Below are positions 24,606 to 36,585 of a DNA stretch of 37,300 bases, piece after piece. How positions within the stretch are numbered: position 1 is the stretch's first letter; the number at the start of each line of letters is the position of its first letter. The position numbers and the translations under genes are program-made. Origin of the DNA: Octopus bimaculoides. Its lineage: Eukaryota. The stretch spans positions 85,224,186 through 85,261,485 of the forward strand of contig NC_068990.1 in the NCBI RefSeq assembly GCF_001194135.2, given 5' to 3'. Below the pieces are notes generated by a model. That model was not told the origin of the DNA and did no database searches. It saw nothing but the letters and a program-made list of their open reading frames with translations.

Positions 24606-24663
24606 ATGCCACATGTAAGCGTAAAGATGTGTGTGTATGTGTGTGCATGTATGTGTTTGTACA

Positions 24664-25008
24664 CACGTCGAGGGTTCCTGTTGATCCGACCAATGGAACA
24701 GCCTGCTCGTGAAATTAATGTGCAAGTGGCTGAGCACTCCACAGACACGTGTACCCTTAACATAGTTCTGGGGGATATTCAGCATGACACAGTGTGAAAA
24801 GGCTGACCCTTTGAATTACAGGCACAACAGAAACAGGAAGTAAGAGAAAGTTGTGGTGAAAGAGTACAGCAGGGTTCGCCACCATCCCCTGCCGGAGCTT
24901 TAGGTGTTTTCGCTCAATAAACACTCACAACGCCCGGTCTGGGTATTGAAACTGCAATCCTATGACCGCGAGTCTGCTGCCCTAACCACTGGGCCATTGC
25001 GCCTCCAC
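24664..25008 (-). mobile_element. SINE family D (tRNA-derived head at the right end)
   Basis: The minus strand starts GTGGAGGCGCAATGGCCCAGTGGTTAGGGCAGCAGACTCGCGG..GTTTCAATACC (box A/B). The body is shared with 6790-7010. Confidence 0.85.
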
Positions 25009-25217
25009 TTTGTATACACATATATATATTTATACACACATACGCACACATCAATTGATAAATCTGTGTGTGTGTGTGTGGTAAACATATGCTAAATTAA
25101 AGGAAAATCCACATGAAAATATTGCTCAGATATCTGGGACAGTACAGCTACTGCTAGCGCTCCGTACGCACAGATATCCTTAACGACAAGGTCATTTGGT
25201 TGATATGTAATAATTCA

Positions 25218-25431
25218 AAGGTGGTGAGCTAGCAGAAACGTTAGCACGCTGGGCGAAATGCTTAGCAGTATTTCGTCTGTCTTTACGTTCTGAGTTCAAA
25301 TTCTGCCGAGATCGACTTCGCCTTTCATCCTTTCAGGGATGATAAATTAAGTACCAGTTGCATACTGGAGTCGATCTAATCAACTGGCCTCTTCCCCAAA
25401 AATTTCGGGCCTTGTGTCTAGAGTAGAAAAG
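25218..25431 (+). mobile_element. SINE family B (tRNA-derived head), full length with 16-bp TSD
   Basis: Box A-like TAGCAGAAACGTTAGC, box B GAGTTCAAATTC, central CCTTTCATCCTTTCAGGGATGATAAATTAAGTACCAG. TSD GATATGTAATAATTCA at 25202-25217 and 25432-25447. Confidence 0.92.
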
Positions 25432-26037
25432 GATATGTAATAATTCACACATCAACAAGGGAAACCCTCGGATTTACGGTTGTATGATTCCTCCCTTTAT
25501 CTCTGCTGTTGCTACTACAATGACCATTGTTTTTTCCTGAACCACAGAACTGCACGCCCTGTGAACTATCTTTCCCTCTTTCCATCACTGTGTCTTCTAA
25601 GTCGGACTTCATCCAGTCATTTGCCCTAGATCTCCCCATCTATGTTTTTACCTGTTCTAGCAAAGACTGACCTACAAAATGTTCAAATGAAACAAGGAGC
25701 ATCTCAAAGCCCTAAGAATGGCAAAGCCCACAATAGGACATGATCTATAGCCCTCTTCCAAATACATAGAGAATCCACTAAAATCTGGATTACATGTTCG
25801 TAACTAAAAACTTCAGGGAACTACCATGGATGACTGATTGTATGTAAAAGGAAAGATGAGTTTAATGTGTAATAGTTGAAGAAAAAATGCTCTCTTTCTG
25901 TTTCTGTGTATGGATATATGTGCAATGGAAACATGTGTAGGTCATCATAACCATAAAAACATTTCTTATGGCATTGTAAAATAATAGGAAATAAATTTTG
26001 AGGATGTACCTGTCTCCATATCCTCTATCGTTATGAT

Positions 26038-26077
<40 letters not shown>

Positions 26078-26079
<2 letters not shown>

Positions 26080-26200
26080 TCATCATCATGCTAGCATGGG
26101 TTGGACGATTTGACTGAGGACTGGTGAAACCAGATGGCTACACCAGGCTCCAATCTGATTTGGCAGAGTTTCTACAGCTGGATGCCCTTCCTAACGCCAA
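26078..26200 (-). mobile_element. SINE family A, 5'-truncated young copy
   Basis: Near-identical to 5596-5706; ends at CCTAACGCCA. Confidence 0.85.
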
Positions 26201-27422
26201 TCAAAGTATACAATAATATAGATCAATTATAGTTGATCTTACCAATTGGTTTTACATAAACCTACCACACCTGAAGAGCATGTATTGGATAATAAAGCAG
26301 TTATCTAATATCTGGTGTGAAACCATTTAGTAAGATCAGCTGCAAAGAATCTATAATACTGTATACTTTGATTAATATATCCACTCTTTTGACAAACATA
26401 GGAGTGCCTAATTCTCCTGACTTATGGATGATTATATAATAGTTTGGTTTATAAAACAAAGAAATAGAACTCAATACATACAACAAAGTATATGTATTTT
26501 TTCATAAACCAAGAATCTAAAGTGAGTCAAGGCCTAGAGTTTCATTGCAATGCACTTGTCAAACTTAAGTTTAATTATACATACACATTTACATGCAGGT
26601 GCATATGCATGCAAATCTGTGTATATGCACACACACACACACACATGTATATGGATATTAAGGGCACTTAAAATATATTATGTATATAATGCTTGCTTTC
26701 CCGTTCTTACTAACTTTCAACATAACCAAAAGATTGGATGGATATTAATGTACTGAATGACCCAGAGTTAGAATCCCACCATTATTAGAACCAGTTCTTT
26801 TATTGAAGTCAGTGTACTTAAAGAGAGGAAACCAGGTGGGAAGGAAGTTAACCAAATTTCATATACAAACTACTTACAGAATGTTCTAATTATTTTAATC
26901 TGTTACCCTTAATTAATAAAAACAAATCTTCAAATTGTAACTATTTCACATGCGAGAAATTATTTAGATTGGATTTTGTTTTTAATGTATTTTCCAGTGT
27001 TGTTTTGTTTTTTTTTACTCTCTAAAGACATGGGTTGGACAGAGCTATAATTCTTCAGAAATACAAAATTTTGGTTATTGCAAAGCTGAATATTTACTCT
27101 ACACATACTCAACTCTTCCTGCTGAATGATGAGCTTTCTATCACAATTAACAAACATGAATTATGACTTGTATACAAGCCTAATTATCAGTCTTACCAAA
27201 TATACCAGCTGGAAAGATTCCCCTGGGTTGACTGATTGATCTGCTCAAATTAGCAGCCAAATTGCCCCCAATTAGTAAGTTCAGCTGCAAGGAATCTATA
27301 ATATTGTATACTTTGATTAATATATCCACTTTCTTGATAAATATAGGAGTGCCTAGTTCTTCTGACATACGGATTCTTAGATGATTATATAATAGTTTGG
27401 TTTATGAAACAGAGAAATAGAA

Positions 27423-27653
27423 AATACAGTTCTATATTTAAGAGATGAGGAATTATGTACATTATTTCCATTATTTCCATTTGACAGGTATTTGTCCTCA
27501 TCTTGTTTGTTGTTAACACAATGTTTTGGCTGATATACCTTCCAGCCCCAAGACACCTGATGAAGACTAGAGGATATATCAGCCGAAACGTTGTGTTAAC
27601 AACAAACAAGATGAGGACAAATATCCGTCAAATGTAAATAATGTAAATAATGT
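27423..27653. mobile_element. Penelope-like inverted-repeat insertion with 12-bp TSD
   Basis: Arms 27459-27547 and 27565-27653 are reverse complements. TSD AGAGAAATAGAA at 27411-27422 and 27654-27665. Contains CTGATGA..GAAACGTT. Confidence 0.8.
27552..27597 (+). ncRNA. Minimal type I hammerhead ribozyme (stem II partly decayed)
   Basis: Stem I GACAC/GTGTT, core CTGATGA (27557-27563), stem II GACTA/CAGCC (2 mismatches), GAAA (27585-27588), palindromic stem III ACGT, cleavage triplet GTT. Confidence 0.6.
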
Positions 27654-28297
27654 AGAGAAATAGAACTCAATACATAATACAGAGTATATGTATTTTTACA
27701 GAGTATATGTGCAACTCTTTGAAAATCATGAAAGAAGCACTGCAAGATGTAGTCTTGGATCAACAATTACTGAAAAACGGTAATCATGAGTTTGCATGAG
27801 TTTGACTGACTTGCAGCTAACCAATGCCACTACCACCACCACTACCACCACCACCATTTTTAATGGGTTTTGTCATTGGATTATGGCCATATTAGGGCTC
27901 TTCCTTCAAGACTTCAGTTATCAAATTTACAATAGAACTTATTTATTTTAAGACTGTGAATTACTTTTTTGGTCTCATTCTGCCAAACTGTTAACGTAAA
28001 GGGTCATAAACAAACCACCACTGGTTATCAGGCAAGCTGCGAGTGACAAACAGAGACACAGACAGACAGACAAACAAACACACACACACACACCCACATG
28101 CACGTGCACAAAAACACATGTTATGCAAGCTCATGCAAATATTTTAGTCATAACCAATCCCCCATCATACGTCTAACCCATGCCAGCATGGAAAATGGAC
28201 GTTATATAATGATGATGATGACGATATATGTAACTATATATTTGTGTGTGTGTGCATGTGTGTATGGGCGTGTGTGTGTGTATAAATATATATATAT

Positions 28298-28448
28298 CAT
28301 CATCATCATCATCATCATCGTTTAACGTCCGCTTTCCATGCTAGCATGGGTTGGACGATTTGACTGAGGACTGGTGAAACCGGATGGCAACACCAGGCTC
28401 CAGTCTGATTTGGCAGAGTTTCTACAGCTGGATGCCCTTCCTAACGCC
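28298..28448 (-). mobile_element. SINE family A, young copy adjacent to a gap
   Basis: Identical to 5576-5706 over about 130 bp. Confidence 0.9.
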
Positions 28449-28743
28449 ATATATATATATATATATATATATANNNNNNNNNNNNNNNNNNNNNNNNNNN
28501 NNNNNNNNNNNNNNNNNNNNNNNNNNNNNNNNNNNNNNNNNNNNNNNNNNNNNNNNNNNNNNNNNNNNNNNNNNNNNNNNNNNNNNNNNNNNNNNNNNNN
28601 NNNNNNNNNNTTCTAGCAAGTCGAAGGACCATGTAGTAGCTCTCTTATTATCTGTCTTGGGTTTAATGTAGGTTGTGGAATATGATACCAGTAACAGAAG
28701 TCTCTCCAAGTGAAAGTTCCACTCAATGAAAAACATATCACTT

Positions 28744-28781
<38 letters not shown>

Positions 28782-29571
28782 AATTATCATTACCACCACC
28801 ACCACCACCACCACCACCACCACCACTACCTATGCTATATTACCTCCACCCTCTGTAATCAGTGCAATAATCATCATGATCATCATCATATCAATCACCA
28901 TTGCAGCAGCCACGTTCACCACCACCATCATCATCATTATAAGGATTGCTATCACTATTATCATCATCACCATCATCATCATCATCATTGTCATTATCTT
29001 ATTCAACAGTTCATCATCATTACTGCCTTCATCATCATCGTCGTCATCAGCATTTGTTCAAACATCCTGTTAAGTATTTATGAATCGGTAAATCGGTAAT
29101 TGTAGAAAAGGTGAAAGACATTGCAGTAGCAGAGTTGGTAGAGTTCTACCGGAGAGGATGTCTACCGGTATTCAATTACCTCCCTTTATACCCTGACTTT
29201 AAATTGTGTCAAGGTTGACTTTGATCTTTATCATTCCAAGGGTTGAATAAAAATAAATATCAGCTAAGCATTTGGGTACGGAGTAAGTGTTTTTTTCCAC
29301 TACTATCCACTACTACTTGTATAAGTGATTTGATCTGAGACCGTATGTTGTAATTGAAGCAATTACAGTGTTGATGAGTCATTTTAGCCATCAAAAAACA
29401 CACAGAAATTGTTAACTTCACTAAATCATTTACATGTCAGTGACCAGGCTGCAGAGAGCGTGATGAAAATTTTGACACCAAATGAAAAACTGAAGTTATC
29501 AGTTTCTGTGTGTTTCTGAATGGCTAAAATGAATCTTCCTTGCTGTAATTGCTTTGATATATCTTCCATGT

Positions 29572-29781
29572 AAGGCCATAAGCTGGCGGAACCATTAGCA
29601 CACCAGGCGAAATGCTTAATGGTATTTCGTCTGTCTTTACCTTCTGAGTTCAAATTCTGCTGAGGTTGACTTTGCCTTTCATCCTTTCGGAGTCAATAAA
29701 TTAAGTACCAGTTGTGTGCTGGGGTCGATCTGACTGGCCCCCACCCCCAAAATTTCGGGCCGTGTGCCTAGAGTAGAAAAG
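29572..29781 (+). mobile_element. SINE family B, full length
   Basis: Collinear with 25218-25431, including box A/B and the central domain. Confidence 0.88.
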
Positions 29782-30792
29782 TACAGAATATACCCTCTAT
29801 GTAAAATATATGGTCTTGTATTGATATTTAAAATCAATCAATGAATCTTCACTGTATTCTTTACCATTCTTGCTAAAAGAGTAATGAACAAATTGCACAG
29901 CAAATGCACAGAATTGTATTATTTGCAGAGGAAATGAAACTGTTTAGATGTTAATGACTTCAGAGAAGATCTATTTAGTGTATGTGTCAGCATGTAAAGA
30001 CAATATATATGTGTATGTAAAGATACACACACACACACACAAACACAAACACATCTATGCATCCTGCTTAGTGTCTACGCAGATGATAGGCCAGTTATTG
30101 CAGTATCCGTCCCGAGATAACATCTCTGATAGCCTTGCTGTGTTGAAAACAATATCAGAGAGACAAAAATTCACCCCAGCAGTAGCAGCAGCAGTTGGCA
30201 AGTGCACCACATGCATTGCAGCCTTTTTGGGACCTTTTCAATGGCACATACTCACAGCCAATCATATGCTCTGACAAGAATTCCTCATCTCTAATACAGA
30301 AAAATGAGAACAAAACATTTACTGATGTTGCCAATGTCCTATTTCAGAGTTGATGATTGTACATGTGATCATGTGACACATTGTGAGTATACACCATTGG
30401 AATGGTTAAAAAATGGTTGAAATGCATAGGTCACTCGTGCTGGTGGCTGGTGGGACAAATTTTCATCTCTCTCTAATATTTATTACATGTTTAACACAGC
30501 ACATTCGTAATAAATGTTATCTCAGGCCAAATACTGTAGTATCTTGCCTATCAACAATGTATATACATTAAGTATGATATAGAGGTGGCTATTTTAACTA
30601 AATATTGCTTCAATTGAAGCAATATATATATATATTGTTGTATTTTGGGATGGTCATTTTTTTTTTTGCCAAACACATGCACTATATATATTTTTTTTCA
30701 CTCGTTTATTACTGTTCTTATTTTATTATTTTAACTCATGTCCATTGTCTGGAAACCTTTCAACATCAGGAATCTTGCAACACAAATTGATA

Positions 30793-30832
<40 letters not shown>

Positions 30833-31386
30833 TTCTCAGACTGTCAAATTCTAACATAGTCAGATTCTTAGAATGTTGTCATCTAATGAGACACAGAGAC
30901 CTCCTGAGTAAATAGGCCAAAGCAGAAGCCTCTCTGATGTAGCAAAAAATAACAGCTATATTCCTTCAAACCGCATACTCATATAATAAAATAGGAAGGA
31001 CATGTCCTTGGTATATGGACAAATGGGATGGTCAAAGTAGAGACCATTCCAGCTAAGACCATATTGTATTTTAGCATATCAATACCTACATTGACCATTT
31101 AGTATTGTTTCGTCTATAAGATGGTAGTTTGTAATTTGAGGGAATCTAGGTGTTGTTAGTTGCAGATTGTCTAGAGGCTGTCTTGTCCATATATGCATAT
31201 GTAAATATATATATATGGATGGCTGTGTGTGTGTGTGTGTGTGTGTGTGTATGACAGACTTCTGCCGTGTTTGCCTACCAAATTCTACATGCAAAGCTTA
31301 TTGAAGCTACGTACAAGATTATTGTAGAAAACACTTGCTCAAATTGTTGTGTTCTGAGATTGGGCTAAAATGATATGGTTGAGAAA

Positions 31387-31390
<4 letters not shown>

Positions 31391-31480
<90 letters not shown>

Positions 31481-31495
31481 CCCTCTCTTTCTCTC
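31391..31495 (+). repeat. (CT)n microsatellite
   Basis: Direct reading. Representative of many (CA)n, (TA)n, (TACA)n, (CAT)n and (ACC)n tracts (e.g. 8260-8305, 13165-13290, 15688-15768, 17510-17600, 28770-29050, 32145-32190). Confidence 0.95.
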
Positions 31496-32034
31496 TGTCA
31501 TACACACACTCACACACATACATACAAATACACACACCAGTCAGTAAAACAAACAAGACTGTAAGGGTAAATTTTGGACACCTTACAGGATAAAGAATAA
31601 AACCTACTAAAGATGGATGACCTCAAGAGACTCAAAGGTTGCCTATTATTGCGTATATATAGTGAGTATATATGTATGTTTAAGATGTATGTGAAGACTG
31701 GATTTTCAGTGAATTGTGAGAAGGTGACCTAAACTTCATTGGTCAAGTTCCAAAGGATACAATTTTGATATTCAGCAACATAACTCTGGGATGCATATCA
31801 AGAGCATGAGGGAAAAAATGGATCAGCCTGGTCCTCATTACGCTGTATTGATGATATACACACAGTCTGCTTGGCCATATTTGGCCACTGGACCAGGAAA
31901 TCAAGGAGGAGAGAGTGAGGCTAGTCATTTTGTGTAATAATCCAAGTCAGGACTCTTCCAGCATAAATCGAGACATGGACTTTTTCAAACCACAAAATTT
32001 ATAATAATTAAAAAATAGAAGACACACACACACA

Positions 32035-32074
<40 letters not shown>

Positions 32075-32141
32075 TATATATTAACAATAATATATAATTA
32101 TTTATTATTAATAATAAAGATATTATTTATTAATAATATCT

Positions 32142-32189
<48 letters not shown>

Positions 32190-32253
32190 ATATATATATC
32201 ATCATCATCATCGTTACATATACATATACATACAGATATATAAATATATGTAT

Positions 32254-32473
32254 ATGAGAGGGATGGCTGAAAAAGTTCCTGGCTTTGGGTAAAATAAAAT
32301 ACAGGAGGATCAGTTAATTATGATTTTATTCAACATATTCCCCTCTCAGATTCACACACTTATTACACTGGTCCTTCAGTGTTTTTAAATCCTGAAAAAG
32401 AACTCGGAAGTTTGGGCCTCCAACTAGGCCTTTCACGATATCCTTAAAACCAGGAACTTTTCAACACCCTCGT
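32254..32473. mobile_element. Mariner-type MITE
   Basis: TIRs TGAGAGGGATGGCTGAAAAAGTTCCTGGCTTT / AAAACCAGGAACTTTTCAACACCCTCGT in a TA-rich context. Confidence 0.85.
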
Positions 32474-33245
32474 GTATATGTATGTGTATGTATAAATATA
32501 TATATGTGTATATATATATATATNNNNNNNNNNNNNNNNNNNNNNNNNNNNNNNNNNNNNNNNNNNNNNNNNNNNNNNNNNNNNNNNNNNNNNNNNNNNN
32601 NNNNNNNNNNNNNNNNNNNNNNNNNNNNNNNNNNNNNNNNNNNNNNNNNNNNNNNNNNNNNNNNNNNNNNNNNNNNNNNNNNNNNNNNNNNNNNNNNNNN
32701 NNNNNNNNNNNNNNNNNNNNNNNNNNNNNNNNNNNNNNNNNNNNNNNNNNNNNNNNNNNNNNNNNNNNNNNNNNNNNNNNNNNNNNNNNNNNNNNNNNNN
32801 NNNNNNNNNNNNNNNNNNNNNNNNNNNNNNNNNNNNNNNNNNNNNNNNNNNNNNNNNNNNNNNNNNNNNNNNNNNNNNNNNNNNNNNNNNNNNNNNNNNN
32901 NNNNNNNNNNNNNNNNNNNNNNNNNCTACGTTAATCTTGCAAACCCAGCGCCATCATCGCCACCACCACCACCGCCGCCGCCACCAAAACTCCACCCTGA
33001 AATAAATAAATTTAGCTGATGTCAGCGAAATCTAAGACACATTAGACTACTAGACACATGTATCATGTGGCAACTGATATATCTTGTCTCATACATCTGC
33101 CACGTATTTCTCAAATATGAACCATGTTTTAAATGCTGCCTTATTTAAATGATGGCATCCGCATGTATGTGTGTAAGTGTGCCTCTGTGTGTGTGTATGT
33201 GTGCGTATGCATACATGTGCATATACAAACATTCACACATACACA

Positions 33246-33285
<40 letters not shown>

Positions 33286-33538
33286 TATATATGTACATAT
33301 ACATGCATATATACATACATATATATATATATATACAAACAGATATACATATACATACATTCNNNNNNNNNNNNNNNNNNNNNNNNNNNNNNNNNNNNNN
33401 NNNNNNNNNNNNNNNNNNNNNNNNNNNNNNNNNNNNNNNNNNNNNNNNNNNNNNNNNNNNNNNNNNNNNNNNNNNNNNNNNNNNNNNNNNNNNNNNNNNN
33501 NNNNNNNNNNNNNNNNNNNNNNNNNNNNNNNNNNATAT

Positions 33539-34595
33539 ATAGGGTAGGGCAGAGAGGATAAACGATTTTGAAATGGCTGTTACTCAGCTGCAGGGAGAGG
33601 GACATATGTCCGACAGGTACTATTCGGTTCATAGTGTCTTAGTTTTTTTTTTTTTTTTTCAGGTGAAGACATGACACTGAGGACGATAGAGCATTGTGTG
33701 TTTGCCTACGACAGTTACGTGAGGAATAATGAGTCTGTCACAGCAGTTCAGCGTGAGGTTCGGCACCACTTCAACATTCACCGAAATCAAGCTGTTCCCA
33801 CCCATAGTACAATCGTACATTGGGTGAATGCACTTCATACATGAGGTACACTAATGAAGAGGAGACTGGTGGGGGCACCATGAATGGTACGGACCCTGGA
33901 AAATGTGGAACACATCAGACTAAGCCTTGATACGGTGTCCAAATCACTCTGCTCAGAGGCATTATATTGAACTTAGCATCGGTAATCAATTAGTAAGGTG
34001 TTCTTTTACATGAAAACCTGCATTTCCACCTGTAAAAATTGGTCATTGGGCAACAGTTGAAACTAGAGGACTATGCACAGTGGCTTAACTTCACACATCA
34101 GATGGAAGCAATTTTTGAGGCAAATGACAACTTCATTTTGTTAATTTGTGATGAAGCTCATTTTCATCTCAATGGCATGGTGGATCAACAGAACTGTCGT
34201 TATTGAGCTTTTTAAAAATTTGAGAGAACTGCATGAAAGACCTCTGCACAGCCCAAAGGTGACAGACTGGTGTGCTGTTGAAAAAGCTGCCATCATGTTG
34301 TTACTGTGAACTCCAAGTGTTACATTGAGATTATAAACAACATCTTTGTGCCTAAATTATGATGAAAACAACATATGCCTATTTGACGTGTGTGGTTTCA
34401 GCAGGATGGGGTGATGGCCCATGCAGCCAGAGCATCAATAGACGTTCGTCACCCTCTATTTGGTGACCACCTCATTTCCCGTGATTTGCTCATGTGTGAG
34501 TATTTCTTGTGGACAAACCTCAAGGTACGTGTGTATGCACAAAGCCCCATACATTGGATGATTTGAAGGAAGCTATTCAAGTGAAAATCGTCCAG
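33539..34595 (+). pseudogene. Decayed IS630-Tc1-mariner transposase (DUF4817-HTH/DDE_3 type), 3'-truncated
   Basis: ATG at 33671, FAYDSYVRNNESVTAVQREVRHHFNI..PTHSTIVHWV, DEAHFHLNGMVDQQNCRY* (34150), HSPKVTDWCA, WFQQDG (34393), DLLMCEYFLWTNLKVRVY; stops and frameshifts; right TIR not seen. Confidence 0.9.
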
Positions 34596-35468
34596 ATATA
34601 TATGTTTATTTATTGGTAAAATAATAATATGGAATATGTCCACTAATATACACACATCCATGATAGATACATCCACGTGTACATTTACGTGTGTATATAT
34701 GTGTTTGTGTCTTTGTACGTGTATGCATGTGTCTGTGCATATGCAGAGAGAACAGACTTATCCAGGCACACCTTGATGTACATAACTGCATACATACAGA
34801 TATGCACTGAAACACACACATTTATACATACATACATACACACACATCTATGAATATTTGACTGTCCCTCTAAACATTTGATTCTCCCTCTCAACCTGTT
34901 TCTTAGCCTCTGTCTGTTTTCCTCAGTGACTCCCCGCCACCCTCTCTGTTTACATATATTTGTCTGTTAATCTCACTGTGTCTCCAATACAATTTCTCTG
35001 ACAGCAAACGGAGAATTGAAACATTCCTTTTCCGTCAAATCTGTTTTTGATTTTTATTCTGTATTGTCATGTCTATCCGTCCATCTATCTAGCTAAGCAC
35101 ACACAAGCACACTCATCACATATAAACGCGTCCACACACTCTCATTCGGTTGCAAACAGGAGCTCAGATACAAAAATGGATAGAAAGATGGATTCATTTT
35201 TGTGTTCATGTATGTGTATATGGTTTCATATATAGACCTACTTTTGTGTGCTTGTATTTACAAGCACACATGCATACAACCCACCCCCAGATCTTTAAGC
35301 ATACGTACTTTATCATATTGTTCTGTCTGTCTGTCTGTCTATCCATGCATCCTGGTTTAGGATGAATATATTAATGAAGCATTGTTTCACAGCTAGATAC
35401 CCTTCAGGTCTTTTAACTTTGAATCTACTCTACAAAATCAACATCACCACCACCACCTTAGTCCGTGT

Positions 35469-35499
<31 letters not shown>

Positions 35500-36094
35500 T
35501 TCTACTACAACCAATTAACTACTGCTGCTTACACGGACAAAGGTCACCCCCGTTTACCATTACCAACACGGTCACTGCTACTACTACTACTACAGTCAAT
35601 GATTCAAGCCAAGGCACGAGACAGCCTTTATGTCCCCACACAAAAAATCGCTTCCACGTAGACTATGTTGACACCAGTAAGAAACAATTATGAACTTTTC
35701 TTTTAATTACATTAAAAAAAAAATGTATTTTTGAAAAGTTTCGTTTTTTCAAGAACCGAAACATGTAAAATATCTCTGAGAAAATTATAAAGTAAAATTT
35801 ATTTTATATAATGGCGTTTTCAAACCTCTTTTATNNNNNNNNNNNNNNNNNNNNNNNNNNNNNNNNNNNNNNNNNNNNNNNNNNNNNNNNNNNNNNNNNN
35901 NNNNNNNNNATATATATATATATATATGTACACACACACACACACACACACACGTGTGAATACATACATATATACACACACACACACACACACATATATA
36001 TGTGTGAATGTATATATATATATATATTTTATATTATGTAAAATACGTATACATATATGCATTTTGTATAATATATTATTTTATATAACAAACT

Positions 36095-36190
36095 GATAAA
36101 GTAAGTACTAGGCTTACAAAGAATAAGTCTGAGGGTGGCGCTCCAGCATGGCCCAGTTAAATGACTAAAACAAGTAAAAGAACAAAAGAA
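36095..36190 (+). mobile_element. SINE family C, 3' tail
   Basis: TAAGTACTAGGCTTACAAAGAATAAGTC..GGCGCTCCAGCATGGCCCAGTTAAATGACTAAAACAAGTAAAAG. Confidence 0.75.
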
Positions 36191-36546
36191 TAAAAACAAT
36201 GCATATTATGTCATCTGTTTGAATCTTAGTCTGGGCAATGCATTGCATCCTTGAACAAGGTACTTCATTTCATGTTGCTGTAGGGTTCTCAGCTGAAAGG
36301 AGTACAAGCAAGGGTTGGTGCAGTTCACTTTCTGTCTCTCTCTGTGACAGTTGCATCCTGGATGTCATGCAAGTGCAAGAGAGAGAGAGAGAGCCAGGAG
36401 GCTGCCAAGGTCTGTTCACAACTACACAGGAACTTGTAACAATTAATGAAGCCATCCTAAATGCCACCAAAGCTTCTGATATGGTTTCAATGCATAAAGA
36501 TACACACGCACACACACATGTATGTATGTATGCATGTATGTGCGTA

Positions 36547-36577
<31 letters not shown>

Positions 36578-36585
<8 letters not shown>

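Noticed and set aside
25218-25310. tRNA genes suggested by box A/B motifs (also 8606, 11628, 24940-25008, 29572)
   Set aside because: They are SINE heads: no complete cloverleaf, and they are followed by SINE body sequence.
25445-25860. Higher-GC non-repetitive stretch with a 64-aa minus ORF and a possible 20-nt micro-exon (TTTTGTAG|...CAG|GTAAAA)
   Set aside because: No recognisable protein motif, and a 20-nt exon would shift the frame; unsupported without RNA data.
30160-30270. Minus-strand MWCTCQLLLLLLG* with a nearby CCAAT box, as a possible signal-peptide exon
   Set aside because: The leucine run comes from a (CTG)n microsatellite; the only donor (GG|GTGAAT) is weak and in phase 2, incompatible with the phase-1 collagen exon.
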